Part shown: piece by piece, positions 42,711-51,608 of the stretch
Layout: the number at the start of each line of letters is the position of its first letter
Numbering within the stretch: position 1 is the first letter of the stretch
NCBI GenBank assembly: GCA_963676565.1
Contig: OY781089.1
Location: 1,824,001 to 1,888,000 of the forward strand
Length of the DNA stretch: 64,000 bases
Source of the DNA: Halarcobacter sp.
GTDB lineage: Bacteria; Campylobacterota; Campylobacteria; Campylobacterales; Arcobacteraceae
Direction of reading: 5' to 3'
Notes under the pieces: generated by a model
Told to the model about the DNA's origin: nothing
What the model saw: only the letters and a program-made list of their open reading frames with translations
Database searches by the model: none
Position numbers and translations under genes: made by a program

Positions 42711-43220
42711 ATGACGTTTGAAAGAAAAATAGCAAAACTATTTCAACTAACAGATGAAAACTGGATGAAACATGCAAACCCTTGGAGTGTATGGACAAGA
42801 TATTCTGTTCTTCCTTTAATTGTATTAGCATTTTGGAGTCGTATTTGGATAGGTTGGTGGTGTCTCATTCCTGGCATCATTTCCCTATTATGGATGTTCT
42901 TTAATCCTATATTTTTCAAAAAACCTCGTTCAACAAAAAATTGGGCTTCTAAATCTGTATTGGGAGAAAGAGTTTTTTTAAATAGAGACAATATTGAAAT
43001 TCCAGATATTCACAAGACACCATTGTATGGCATTTTAAATACTATTTCTTCTATTGGTATGCTAATTTCAATTTATTCTGTTATCTACTATTGGATTTGG
43101 GGTGCAATTTTGGGTATTTCCTTGGCATACCTTGGAAAAAGTTGGTATTTAGATCGTATGGTTTGGTTATATGAAACAATGAAAACTCAAAATGAAGAGT
43201 ATCAAAAGTGGGAATACTAA
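42711..43220 (+). CDS. Membrane protein (DUF6653-like)
   Basis: WMKHANPWSVWTR, GKSWYLDRMVWLY. Confidence 0.7.
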   Translation: MTFERKIAKLFQLTDENWMKHANPWSVWTRYSVLPLIVLAFWSRIWIGWWCLIPGIISLLWMFFNPIFFKKPRSTKNWASKSVLGERVFLNRDNIEIPDIHKTPLYGILNTISSIGMLISIYSVIYYWIWGAILGISLAYLGKSWYLDRMVWLYETMKTQNEEYQKWEY

Positions 43221-43236
43221 AATATATGGTTTATAA

Positions 43237-43989
43237 TTATGATAAAAGGCTTAGATGTGAACTGTTATTTAAAGAGTTTAAATTTCCTTTTTCTCCATAT
43301 ATAGATGAACTATTAGGTTCTTTTATACTTAAATTTGCATTTTCAAGCTCTAAGGCTTGCTTCACATAATTTATAAGCCTACTACTGTCACTATTATTCA
43401 TATAATCTTCCAAAGCAGATAAAAAATCTTTTTCAAACTCTTTATCACTTTTTAATTTATCAGTAAGTTTATTAAAATCAACTTCTTTATCAGCATTTTT
43501 TAGATCAAATGTTATGTTGGCGCTTTTAAAAGAATTACTTTCGTATGAATTATATGTATATTTTAAACTCATACTTGATGTCTCTTTTGTACCTTCTCTT
43601 GTATAATTTTCATCTTCCCAAGGTAAGTGGATAGTTGTTTCATCTACTTTTGAAAAAATACTGTAGCTACCAATAACTTTATTCTTGTCATTTACAACAT
43701 CCAAAGAGTCATTTGTCAACTTTGATATCGTAAATTCTCCTGAGCCATCAACACCTTTTTCATAATCTTCAATAATATCTGAGACTTTATTAAGCCCTGT
43801 AGCTGCATTTTTTAACCAAGGATTTTCATTTAATTGTTCATTTGTAGGAATATACTCTTTTCTTTCTTCATTCACTTTTTTTTGAGCCGCACTTATGGCA
43901 TTTATAGTCTCTTCATCTAAAGGAGTTGGTTCAGGAAGTTCTTTTATCTCTCCATAAATTTGTGTCCAATAATTACTGTTTATTTGCAT
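43237..43989 (-). CDS. Hypothetical acidic protein
   Basis: 250-aa ORF, AAGGA RBS, MQINSN start. Confidence 0.65.
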   Translation of the reverse strand: MQINSNYWTQIYGEIKELPEPTPLDEETINAISAAQKKVNEERKEYIPTNEQLNENPWLKNAATGLNKVSDIIEDYEKGVDGSGEFTISKLTNDSLDVVNDKNKVIGSYSIFSKVDETTIHLPWEDENYTREGTKETSSMSLKYTYNSYESNSFKSANITFDLKNADKEVDFNKLTDKLKSDKEFEKDFLSALEDYMNNSDSSRLINYVKQALELENANLSIKEPNSSSIYGEKGNLNSLNNSSHLSLLS

Positions 43990-44062
43990 GACTAATCCTT
44001 GTAAACTATATTTAAGAATTGTAAAACTTTTATTTTTAAATATAGATTAAGTGAATAATAGT

Positions 44063-44113
44063 TCAGGTGATAACAATAATTTAACTCGTTCCCAAGCTTT
44101 AGCTTGGGAATAC
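44063..44113. repeat. REP-like remnant plus palindrome
   Basis: TCAGGTGATAACAATAA followed by TTCCCAAGCT-TT-AGCTTGGGAA. Confidence 0.5.
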
Positions 44114-44122
44114 ATAGAAATT

Positions 44123-44758
44123 CTAGTTTTGAGTATTTCTTATTTGTAATAAAGAAAAACCTAAACCTACAAATATTCCACCTGTAATTTTATGAAACCA
44201 AGACATAAAGTTTTGTTTTTTAAACAATCCTCTTGCTGACTGTGCTATAAAACCATAAAGGCAAAGACTAAAAAAAGAAAAAAACATAAATAACCCAGTC
44301 ATAATAAAAAACTGAGGTGTAATGTCACTTTTTAGATTTAGAAACTGTGGGAAAAGTGCTATAAAAAATATTATAGGTTTTGGATTTGTAACAGCTAAAA
44401 AGAAAGATTCTAAAAAAGTTTTTTTCAAGCTTTTTTCTATTTTTCTATCTTCATCATTTTTTAGCTTCAAAGAAGATGCACTTCTAAACTGTTTTATTCC
44501 TAGATAAATCAAATATCCTGCTCCAACTATTTTTACTATCATAAATAAAGTTGCAGAAGTAAGTAAAATAATTCCTAAACCAGAAATAGAAATAGAAGAT
44601 AAGATAAACAAACCTAATATATTTGCAAAAGAAGATGTAGCAACTGTACGCATATCATGTACTAATCCATTTGTAATAGCTAAAAAAACAGCAGGACCAG
44701 GACTAATTACATAAAAGAAAGCAACAACTGAATATAAAAAAAGAATATGTAAATCCAT
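44123..44758 (-). CDS. LysE/RhtB-family exporter
   Basis: ISPGPAV, GAGYLIYLG, TNPKPIIFF. Confidence 0.9.
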   Translation of the reverse strand: MDLHILFLYSVVAFFYVISPGPAVFLAITNGLVHDMRTVATSSFANILGLFILSSISISGLGIILLTSATLFMIVKIVGAGYLIYLGIKQFRSASSLKLKNDEDRKIEKSLKKTFLESFFLAVTNPKPIIFFIALFPQFLNLKSDITPQFFIMTGLFMFFSFFSLCLYGFIAQSARGLFKKQNFMSWFHKITGGIFVGLGFSLLQIRNTQN

Positions 44759-44857
44759 AAGTATATCCTTATATTGAATTTGACGAATTATAGCTAAAAA
44801 AATGTGACAATCAAAAAATTAGAAAACAATAGAATTCTTAAGTGTTATTATTTCTTT

Positions 44858-45451
44858 TTAACTAAATATTAACCAAATAGCAGTTAAGCATAACATTAAA
44901 CCAAATATTTTGTTTTGTAATTTTTTTATATTGGTGTTCATTACTAATAAAATCAATGCTCTACCGGCATATATCCAAATAAAATTACATAACATTGTTA
45001 ATATTGCTAACATTAAAGTAAGAATTAAAATCTTATCTAAACTATCTTTTTCTACTGAATAAAATTGAGTAAACATTATTGTTGGAATTAGTAAATATTT
45101 TGCATTAAAAAACTCTACTACTACACCTTCTTTAAAACTAAGAGGTTTTATTGCTTCTGTTTGTAAAGTAGATTGTTTAAAAAATCTAAAAGCCAAATAA
45201 AATAAAAATAAAACACCAATATATTTAAATACATCAATAATAGAGGGAAATTTTGAAATTATAAAACCAAGTCCAAAACCTATAGCTAAAGTTTGTAAAA
45301 GACAAATTAAATTTGTACCTAGCCAAAAAGGAAGACTAGCTTTTACTCCAAAGGAACTACCTGAAGCAGCAAATAAAATATTCGCGGGACCAGGACTTAT
45401 AGCTAGAGGAACAAATATTAATAACCATTGAATGATTTCTTCAGAACTCAT
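44858..45451 (-). CDS. LysE-family exporter
   Basis: ISPGPANI, FNAK, about 6 TM. Confidence 0.88.
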   Translation of the reverse strand: MSSEEIIQWLLIFVPLAISPGPANILFAASGSSFGVKASLPFWLGTNLICLLQTLAIGFGLGFIISKFPSIIDVFKYIGVLFLFYLAFRFFKQSTLQTEAIKPLSFKEGVVVEFFNAKYLLIPTIMFTQFYSVEKDSLDKILILTLMLAILTMLCNFIWIYAGRALILLVMNTNIKKLQNKIFGLMLCLTAIWLIFS

Positions 45452-45610
45452 TTTCTTACCCTTCCTTTATAAAGTAAAATATCACAAAAACACTTAGAAC
45501 TTTACGAAAGTTTTATTAGGATTAATTACTTAACATTATATACTTTTATTTAGTTATTTTATAAATTATTTATATATAATATATAATTGATGATTTATGG
45601 AGATACGCAT

Positions 45611-45928
45611 ATGAAGAGAATTTATTTTTTGTTAATGATTTTAGGAGTATTTTTACCTCTATCGCAGTTTTTATTATGGCTAAATGAGTTTGGTTTTGAT
45701 ATTTCATTAATTATTAATACAATTATTGAAGATAAATTGAGCTCATTTGCATGGCTTGATGTTATTATCTCTGCAATAGTGTTAATTATATTTATTATCT
45801 ATGAGGGTAAAAAATTATCCATGTGTAATATTTGGTTGCCAATTGTAGGAACATTGAGTATTGGTGTATCTTTTGGTTTACCATTATTTTTGTTATTAAG
45901 GGAAATCCATATAGAGAAAAATAGATAG
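45611..45928 (+). CDS. Membrane protein (DUF2834-like)
   Basis: FAWLDVIISA, GVSFGLPLFLLLRE; start MKRIY after GGAG. Confidence 0.75.
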   Translation: MKRIYFLLMILGVFLPLSQFLLWLNEFGFDISLIINTIIEDKLSSFAWLDVIISAIVLIIFIIYEGKKLSMCNIWLPIVGTLSIGVSFGLPLFLLLREIHIEKNR

Positions 45929-45971
45929 TTTTAGTTAATTTTTAAACCTATTAAAATAGAAAGGAACTTTT

Positions 45972-46628
45972 ATGAATACAAGTGCAAGTTATACTGAACA
46001 TATAAATATAGTAAAAGATCTAAAGATGGCAGACAGTTTCTATGAAGTTAGAGAACCATTTAAAGAGGGCTTTGAAGATATATATAATAAAGCAAAGGCA
46101 AATAATGTAGGTATCTCAAATGCAAAAGAATTTTTGAACTCTTTAACAAAAGAGGAATTATCTACTTTACAAAACTACACAAGACTTGCCGATGAAGTTA
46201 ATGTAGATAATTTAAGTGATGAAGGTGCATATAATTTACTGCTTCATCATTATGAAAAGTATGATTTTAATAATGATGGAATAATTGAAGATGGTATAGC
46301 AAAAACATCAGGAATGATTCCTCAGTCATTGGGAAATGATGAAAAAAAAGCTTTAGTTGAAACATTTAATTCTATGGATTTTAAAGATGTGATGACTGCA
46401 TCAATATTATTTATAAAACTACCTATTTTAGTTGATGGAAAATTACAAGTAAGTAATCAAGATATAAATCTAGAAGATATAAGAGATAGAATTATGAATA
46501 TTTTAGATCCTAAAAATAAAAAGTTTTCAACACAAGAATTTAAAGATACAATTAAAAATTTTTCTGATATTTTTGAACAAAATTATAAAAAAATTTTAGA
46601 AGAAAAAGCATATTACAATATTAAATAA
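45972..46628 (+). CDS. Hypothetical protein with DxNxDG (EF-hand-like) loop
   Basis: LSDEGAYNLL, DFNNDGIIE. Confidence 0.65.
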   Translation: MNTSASYTEHINIVKDLKMADSFYEVREPFKEGFEDIYNKAKANNVGISNAKEFLNSLTKEELSTLQNYTRLADEVNVDNLSDEGAYNLLLHHYEKYDFNNDGIIEDGIAKTSGMIPQSLGNDEKKALVETFNSMDFKDVMTASILFIKLPILVDGKLQVSNQDINLEDIRDRIMNILDPKNKKFSTQEFKDTIKNFSDIFEQNYKKILEEKAYYNIK

Positions 46629-46663
46629 AATGATTGTATTAAGTTATACTACAAAGTAATATT

Positions 46664-47086
46664 ATGTATTTTATAGCAATACTCGCAATTTTTACATTAA
46701 GTATAATGGGAATATTCCATTTTTATTGGGTTATTGGTGGAAAAGTTGGATTAGATAAAGCAGTACCAGCAAAAGATGGAAAACTATTATTGAAACCTGG
46801 TAAACCATTGACTTTTCTTGTTGGAGTTGTTTTAATTTTTTTTGCATATATTGCATATGCTTTACAATTTTATGATTTGACACTACATGAAAATAGAAAC
46901 TTTTATTTATATAGCGGAATTTTCTTATCTATAATTTTTATATTAAGGGCAATTGGTGAGTTCAATGTTATTGGATTTTCTAAAAAAATAAAAGATACTG
47001 AATTTGCAAAGTATGATACAAAATACTTTTCACCATTGTGTTTATTATTAGGTATTGTTTTTGCAGTATTAACATACAATGTATAA
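46664..47086 (+). CDS. Membrane protein (DUF3995-like)
   Basis: HFYWVIGG, RAIGEF, DTKYFSPLCL. Confidence 0.78.
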   Translation: MYFIAILAIFTLSIMGIFHFYWVIGGKVGLDKAVPAKDGKLLLKPGKPLTFLVGVVLIFFAYIAYALQFYDLTLHENRNFYLYSGIFLSIIFILRAIGEFNVIGFSKKIKDTEFAKYDTKYFSPLCLLLGIVFAVLTYNV

Positions 47087-47155
47087 CTAATCATTTAGAT
47101 TATAAATTTAATCCTAAATAAGCTAAAATTATGTACGAATTAAAAAGGCACTGAC

Positions 47156-47173
47156 ATGAATACAATATTCTAA
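47156..47173 (+). CDS. Putative leader peptide MNTIF
   Basis: AAAAGG RBS then ATG AAT ACA ATA TTC TAA, upstream of ABC-F. Confidence 0.55.
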   Translation: MNTIF

Positions 47174-47176
47174 AAT

Positions 47177-47235
47177 ACAAGGAAATTCAAACAATCTACA
47201 TCCTTGTCATTTTAATCTACATTAGTAGTCAAGGA
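47177..47235 (+). promoter_or_regulatory. Putative translational attenuator
   Basis: TCCTTGT (47201) can pair with ACAAGGA (47177) or with SD-containing CAAGGA (47230). Confidence 0.55.
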
Positions 47236-47243
47236 ATATACTC

Positions 47244-48731
47244 ATGCCACAATTAATAATAAAAAACTTACATTATAAATACAAAAATTCAAGCTTAGCT
47301 ATTTTTGAAAATTTAAATTTAGATTTTCAAGAAGGATGGAGTTGTGTTGTTGGTTCAAATGGTTCAGGGAAAAGTACACTTCTAAAACTGATTTCAAAAG
47401 AGATTAAATATGAAAATGGAACAATTAAAGGAAATGACCTAACACATTATTGTCCTCAAAATACAGAATACCAACCAAAAAATCTTGAAGATTTTATGCT
47501 AACATTCAATAGTAAATCTTTTAAAATAAGAGAGATGTTAGATATAAAAGATTATTGGATTTATCAATGGGATAATTTATCTCATGGGGAGAGAAAAAGA
47601 TTACAACTTGCCCTTGCACTTTTTGAAGAGCCTGATATTTTACTTGTAGATGAGCCTACAAATCATTTAGATGGAAAAAGTAAAAAAATTCTATTGAACG
47701 CACTTAAAAGTTTTAAAGGTATTGGAATATTAGTAAGTCATGATAGAGAAATATTGGATAATTTATCTCAATCTACAATAATATTAAAAAATAAAAATAT
47801 CATTACATTTAAAACTTCATTTTCAAAAGCTATGATTGAATATAACAAAAATATAGAGTTTCTAGAAAAAACTCAAACAAAACAAAATACTGAATTAAAG
47901 AAACTTAAAAAATCAATACATTTACAAAGGGAAAAAGTTAGTCAATCAAAAAAGAGATTTTCAAAGAAAGGTATAGATAAAAATGATAATGATAGTAAAA
48001 ATAAAATTAATTTAGCTAAATTAACTGGTAAAGATAAAAATGATGGACAAATAATTACAAAGTTACAATCAAAACAAAAGCAACTTTTATCAAATGCAAT
48101 AATGACAGATAAAACATATAAATTAGGAATAGAGTTTAACTCTATTAAATCTAAAAATATTTTTCCAATCCTTATAAAAAACAATATATTAAAGTTATCA
48201 GAAACTAAAAAACTAGCATATCCAACTTTTTCAATAAATGAATATGATAAAATTGGAATTATTGGAGAAAATGGTTCTGGGAAAAGTAGTTTTTTCAATA
48301 ATATGTTGAATACAATAGATTTAAAAGATGAATATTTATATATTCCACAAGAGATTACAAATGAAGAGAGTAAAAAATTTTTTGATGAAATAAATGGTTT
48401 GTCTAATGATAAAAAAGGCGAAATATATACAATTATAAGAAAACTATCATCCGACCCAATCAAACTACAAGATAGTTTTTTACCAAGTCCTGGAGAGATT
48501 AGAAAATTGATGATAGCAAAAGGACTTTTAGAAAATCCATCATTGATAATTCTTGATGAACCAACTAATCATATGGATTTAGATTCTATAATATCACTAG
48601 AATTAGCTTTAAAAGAATATGATGGAACAATGATTATAATTAGTCATGATAAAACTTTCCTAGATACTATTGTAAATAATATTTGGGAGCTAAGAAAAGA
48701 GAGTGAGTATTTGTTTGTGATTGTAGATTAA
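47244..48731 (+). CDS. ABC-F family ATPase, possible ribosomal protection protein
   Basis: Two NBDs (GSNGSGKS/LSHGE/DEPTNHLD and GENGSGKS/PSPGE/DEPTNHMD), long basic linker, no TM. Confidence 0.88.
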   Translation: MPQLIIKNLHYKYKNSSLAIFENLNLDFQEGWSCVVGSNGSGKSTLLKLISKEIKYENGTIKGNDLTHYCPQNTEYQPKNLEDFMLTFNSKSFKIREMLDIKDYWIYQWDNLSHGERKRLQLALALFEEPDILLVDEPTNHLDGKSKKILLNALKSFKGIGILVSHDREILDNLSQSTIILKNKNIITFKTSFSKAMIEYNKNIEFLEKTQTKQNTELKKLKKSIHLQREKVSQSKKRFSKKGIDKNDNDSKNKINLAKLTGKDKNDGQIITKLQSKQKQLLSNAIMTDKTYKLGIEFNSIKSKNIFPILIKNNILKLSETKKLAYPTFSINEYDKIGIIGENGSGKSSFFNNMLNTIDLKDEYLYIPQEITNEESKKFFDEINGLSNDKKGEIYTIIRKLSSDPIKLQDSFLPSPGEIRKLMIAKGLLENPSLIILDEPTNHMDLDSIISLELALKEYDGTMIIISHDKTFLDTIVNNIWELRKESEYLFVIVD

Positions 48732-48799
48732 GATAAATCAATTATAAGTATAAGTTTCAAAGTGCCAATTAGATAAACTTTTAAAAAAGGAGACATTCC

Positions 48800-49417
48800 A
48801 TGATATCTTACGAGTTTTTATTAACTTCATTAGTTGTTGTTTTAATTCCTGGTACAGGAGTTTTATATACTATTGCTACAGGATTATTCTCTGGTAAACG
48901 TGCTAGCTTTTTTGCAGCATTGGGATGCACTTTTGGTATTGTTCCTGCTTTATTAGCAAGTAGTTTAGGCCTTGCTGCTATTTTTCATACTAGTGCAGTT
49001 GCTTTTCAAGTTGTTAAATATCTTGGGGTGGCTTATTTACTTTATTTAGCATGGCAAATGTGGAATTCATCATCTGCTTTAAGTCTTTCTGAAAAAAATT
49101 CAAAAACTAACTATTTAAACATTGTTATCAAAGGTTTTATGCTAAATATTTTAAATCCTAAATTGTCTATTTTCTTTTTAGCTTTTCTTCCTCAATTTAT
49201 TCCTGCTAATGCCCCAAGTGCATTAAATAGTATATTTTTACTTGGGGCTGTATTTATGCTTATGACATTTGTTGTATTTGTTATATATGGCTTTTTATCA
49301 GGCTTATTTAGTGCATATATTCTAAAATCTGAGAAACTTAGTGTTTTTATTCAAAAGTTTTTTGCTACAAGTTTCGCTGCACTTGGCTTAAAATTGGCAT
49401 TTAGTGAACGAGTATAA
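48800..49417 (+). CDS. LysE-family exporter
   Basis: IPGTGVLY, NILNPKLSIFFLAFLPQF. Confidence 0.9.
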   Translation: MISYEFLLTSLVVVLIPGTGVLYTIATGLFSGKRASFFAALGCTFGIVPALLASSLGLAAIFHTSAVAFQVVKYLGVAYLLYLAWQMWNSSSALSLSEKNSKTNYLNIVIKGFMLNILNPKLSIFFLAFLPQFIPANAPSALNSIFLLGAVFMLMTFVVFVIYGFLSGLFSAYILKSEKLSVFIQKFFATSFAALGLKLAFSERV

Positions 49418-49452
49418 ATTGAACTTGGCGTATAAATGAATAAGGCTTATAA

Positions 49453-50250
49453 ATAAATACTACATACAAAAACATAGAACTGCCCTTTTTAGAATTAACT
49501 TTTAATACAGATATAAATGGTTGTCCAAAAAGTCATATGCATGATAAGCTAACTATGGTAGCACTAAAAAATGGTAATATTAAATTATATTTAAAAGAAA
49601 ATGAGCTAATTTTACAAAAAAATAGTATTGCCATAATAAATCCATATCAAATTCACTCAGCTTCTAAAATGAATAAAAATAGTGATGGGCTTTATGCTTT
49701 ATATTTAGATAAAAACTGGATTGAAAAACTTCAATATGATTTATTTAAAATAAATAGCTTTATCCCTTTTTCTTCAAATATAATAGATGATGAAAAAACT
49801 TATGATGAGTTTATTTTCTTATGTGAAAATCTTTTTTTAGATGACTTTTGTATAAAAAAAGAGGAACAAATCATACAATTTATTTCAAAACAAATAATTA
49901 AAAACTGTAATCAATCATTAATTCAAACAAAAAATATATTAGCATGTGATATTAAAAGTTATATTGAGCAAAATATACATCTAAATCAAAGTTTAGAAGA
50001 GATTTCAAAGCAGTTTTTGATAAGTCCTTTTCATCTAATAAGAATATTCAAACAAGAGTTAGATTTAACTCCTTATCAATATATTTTAAATCATAAAGTA
50101 AATTTAGCAAAAGAGTTGTTATCAAAAAATATGAGTATATCAGAAGTGGCACTAAGTGTCGGTTTTAATGATCAAAGCCATTTATACAAATACTTTAAAC
50201 AAACATTTTCTATTACACCTAAAGAGTATCAAGATAGTTTAATAAAATAA
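49453..50250 (+). CDS. AraC-family regulator with non-canonical or mutated ATA start
   Basis: C-terminal HTH (SPFHLIRIFK, GFNDQSH, TPKEY); frame open upstream of ATG 49537 to ATA 49453 behind TAAGG. Confidence 0.8.
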   Translation: MNTTYKNIELPFLELTFNTDINGCPKSHMHDKLTMVALKNGNIKLYLKENELILQKNSIAIINPYQIHSASKMNKNSDGLYALYLDKNWIEKLQYDLFKINSFIPFSSNIIDDEKTYDEFIFLCENLFLDDFCIKKEEQIIQFISKQIIKNCNQSLIQTKNILACDIKSYIEQNIHLNQSLEEISKQFLISPFHLIRIFKQELDLTPYQYILNHKVNLAKELLSKNMSISEVALSVGFNDQSHLYKYFKQTFSITPKEYQDSLIK

Positions 50251-50333
50251 CATATCATAAAAAGTCAATTTTTTACAATACTCTTTTTTTTATTTTAAAT
50301 ACAATTCTCCTTATAAAAGAAAGGAATTAAAAT

Positions 50334-50876
50334 ATGACAAAAGCACTAATTGTAATAGACTTGCAAAATGACTATTTTTGCGGTGGGAAAATGGAACTTC
50401 AAAATATAGATGAAGCTTTACTACAAACTAACAAACTAATAAAATATGCAAGAGAAGAAAACTATAAAATCTATTTTGTACAACACTTTGCTACAAAAGA
50501 TGATGCAACATTTTTTGTACCAGATACCCATGGAGTTGACTTAAATAAAAATTTAGATATTCAAGATGATATGATTATCGAAAAAAACTACCCAAATAGT
50601 TTTAGAGATACTAAGCTCAAAGAAGAATTAGACAAAGAAAATATAAACGAATTAATCATTTGTGGAGCTATGACTCATATGTGTATCGATACAACTGTAC
50701 GAGCAGGTTTTGATTTGGGATACAAAATCACTGTAGCTAATGATGCTTGTGCTACAAGAGATTTACTGTTTAAAGAAAAGACTATTAAAGCTCAAGAGGT
50801 GCATTATAGTTTTATGAGTGCATTAGCAAGTGTTTTCTGTGAAGTTAAAGAGACTGAACAAATAATAAATATATAA
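50334..50876 (+). CDS. Isochorismatase-family cysteine hydrolase
   Basis: ALIVIDLQNDYF, KNYPNSF, GAMTHMCIDTT. Confidence 0.92.
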   Translation: MTKALIVIDLQNDYFCGGKMELQNIDEALLQTNKLIKYAREENYKIYFVQHFATKDDATFFVPDTHGVDLNKNLDIQDDMIIEKNYPNSFRDTKLKEELDKENINELIICGAMTHMCIDTTVRAGFDLGYKITVANDACATRDLLFKEKTIKAQEVHYSFMSALASVFCEVKETEQIINI

Positions 50877-50963
50877 CAATTTAAGACTCAAAAAGCTACT
50901 ATCTAATTTAAAAAGAGAGTATATTATCTCTCAAATTTGTAGTTAGATTTTATAGGAAGAGAA

Positions 50964-51560
50964 ATGATAATTGATACAAAAGATGTGGAAAATGATGAAC
51001 TTTATAAACTTCTTATTGGTTCTGTTCTCCCAAGACCAATAGCATGGGTTGGAACAATAGATAAAAAGAAGGTACCCAATCTTGCTCCATTTTCTTTTTT
51101 CAATATTGCAAGCGTTAATCCTCCAGTTGTTTCTATATCTATCTTGAATAAAAGGGATGGATTAAAAAAAGACAGCCTTTTAAATATTCAAAATACAGAG
51201 GTTTTTTCTATTTCCATAGTTAGCCATGATTTAGTTGAAAAAATGGCAGCAACAGGAATTGATTATGAATTAGATGTTGATGAGTTTGAAGTTGCAGGAG
51301 TCTCTTGTAGTAAATGTGAAAAAATTGACTCTGTTTATGTAGGAGAAGCAAAGGTTGCTTATGAATGTAAATTACGTTCAATTGTAGATTTTGGAGATAA
51401 TGAAAAAGCAGGTAATCTTGTCTTAGCTGATGTTGTTGCAATTCATGTGGATGACAATATTGTGCAATGGCCAAATATTGATATGTTAAAGTTAGATGCT
51501 GTTGGAAGAGCTTCTGGTCCTTATTATTCAACAATACGAGATAAGTTTTCTCTTAAATAA
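50964..51560 (+). CDS. Flavin reductase-family protein
   Basis: PRPIAWV, NLAPFSFFN, KDSLLNI. Confidence 0.9.
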   Translation: MIIDTKDVENDELYKLLIGSVLPRPIAWVGTIDKKKVPNLAPFSFFNIASVNPPVVSISILNKRDGLKKDSLLNIQNTEVFSISIVSHDLVEKMAATGIDYELDVDEFEVAGVSCSKCEKIDSVYVGEAKVAYECKLRSIVDFGDNEKAGNLVLADVVAIHVDDNIVQWPNIDMLKLDAVGRASGPYYSTIRDKFSLK

Positions 51561-51608
51561 TATTAATTAGTTTATTTTTAATCTTATAAATGATTTGATG
51601 AGGTGAAT

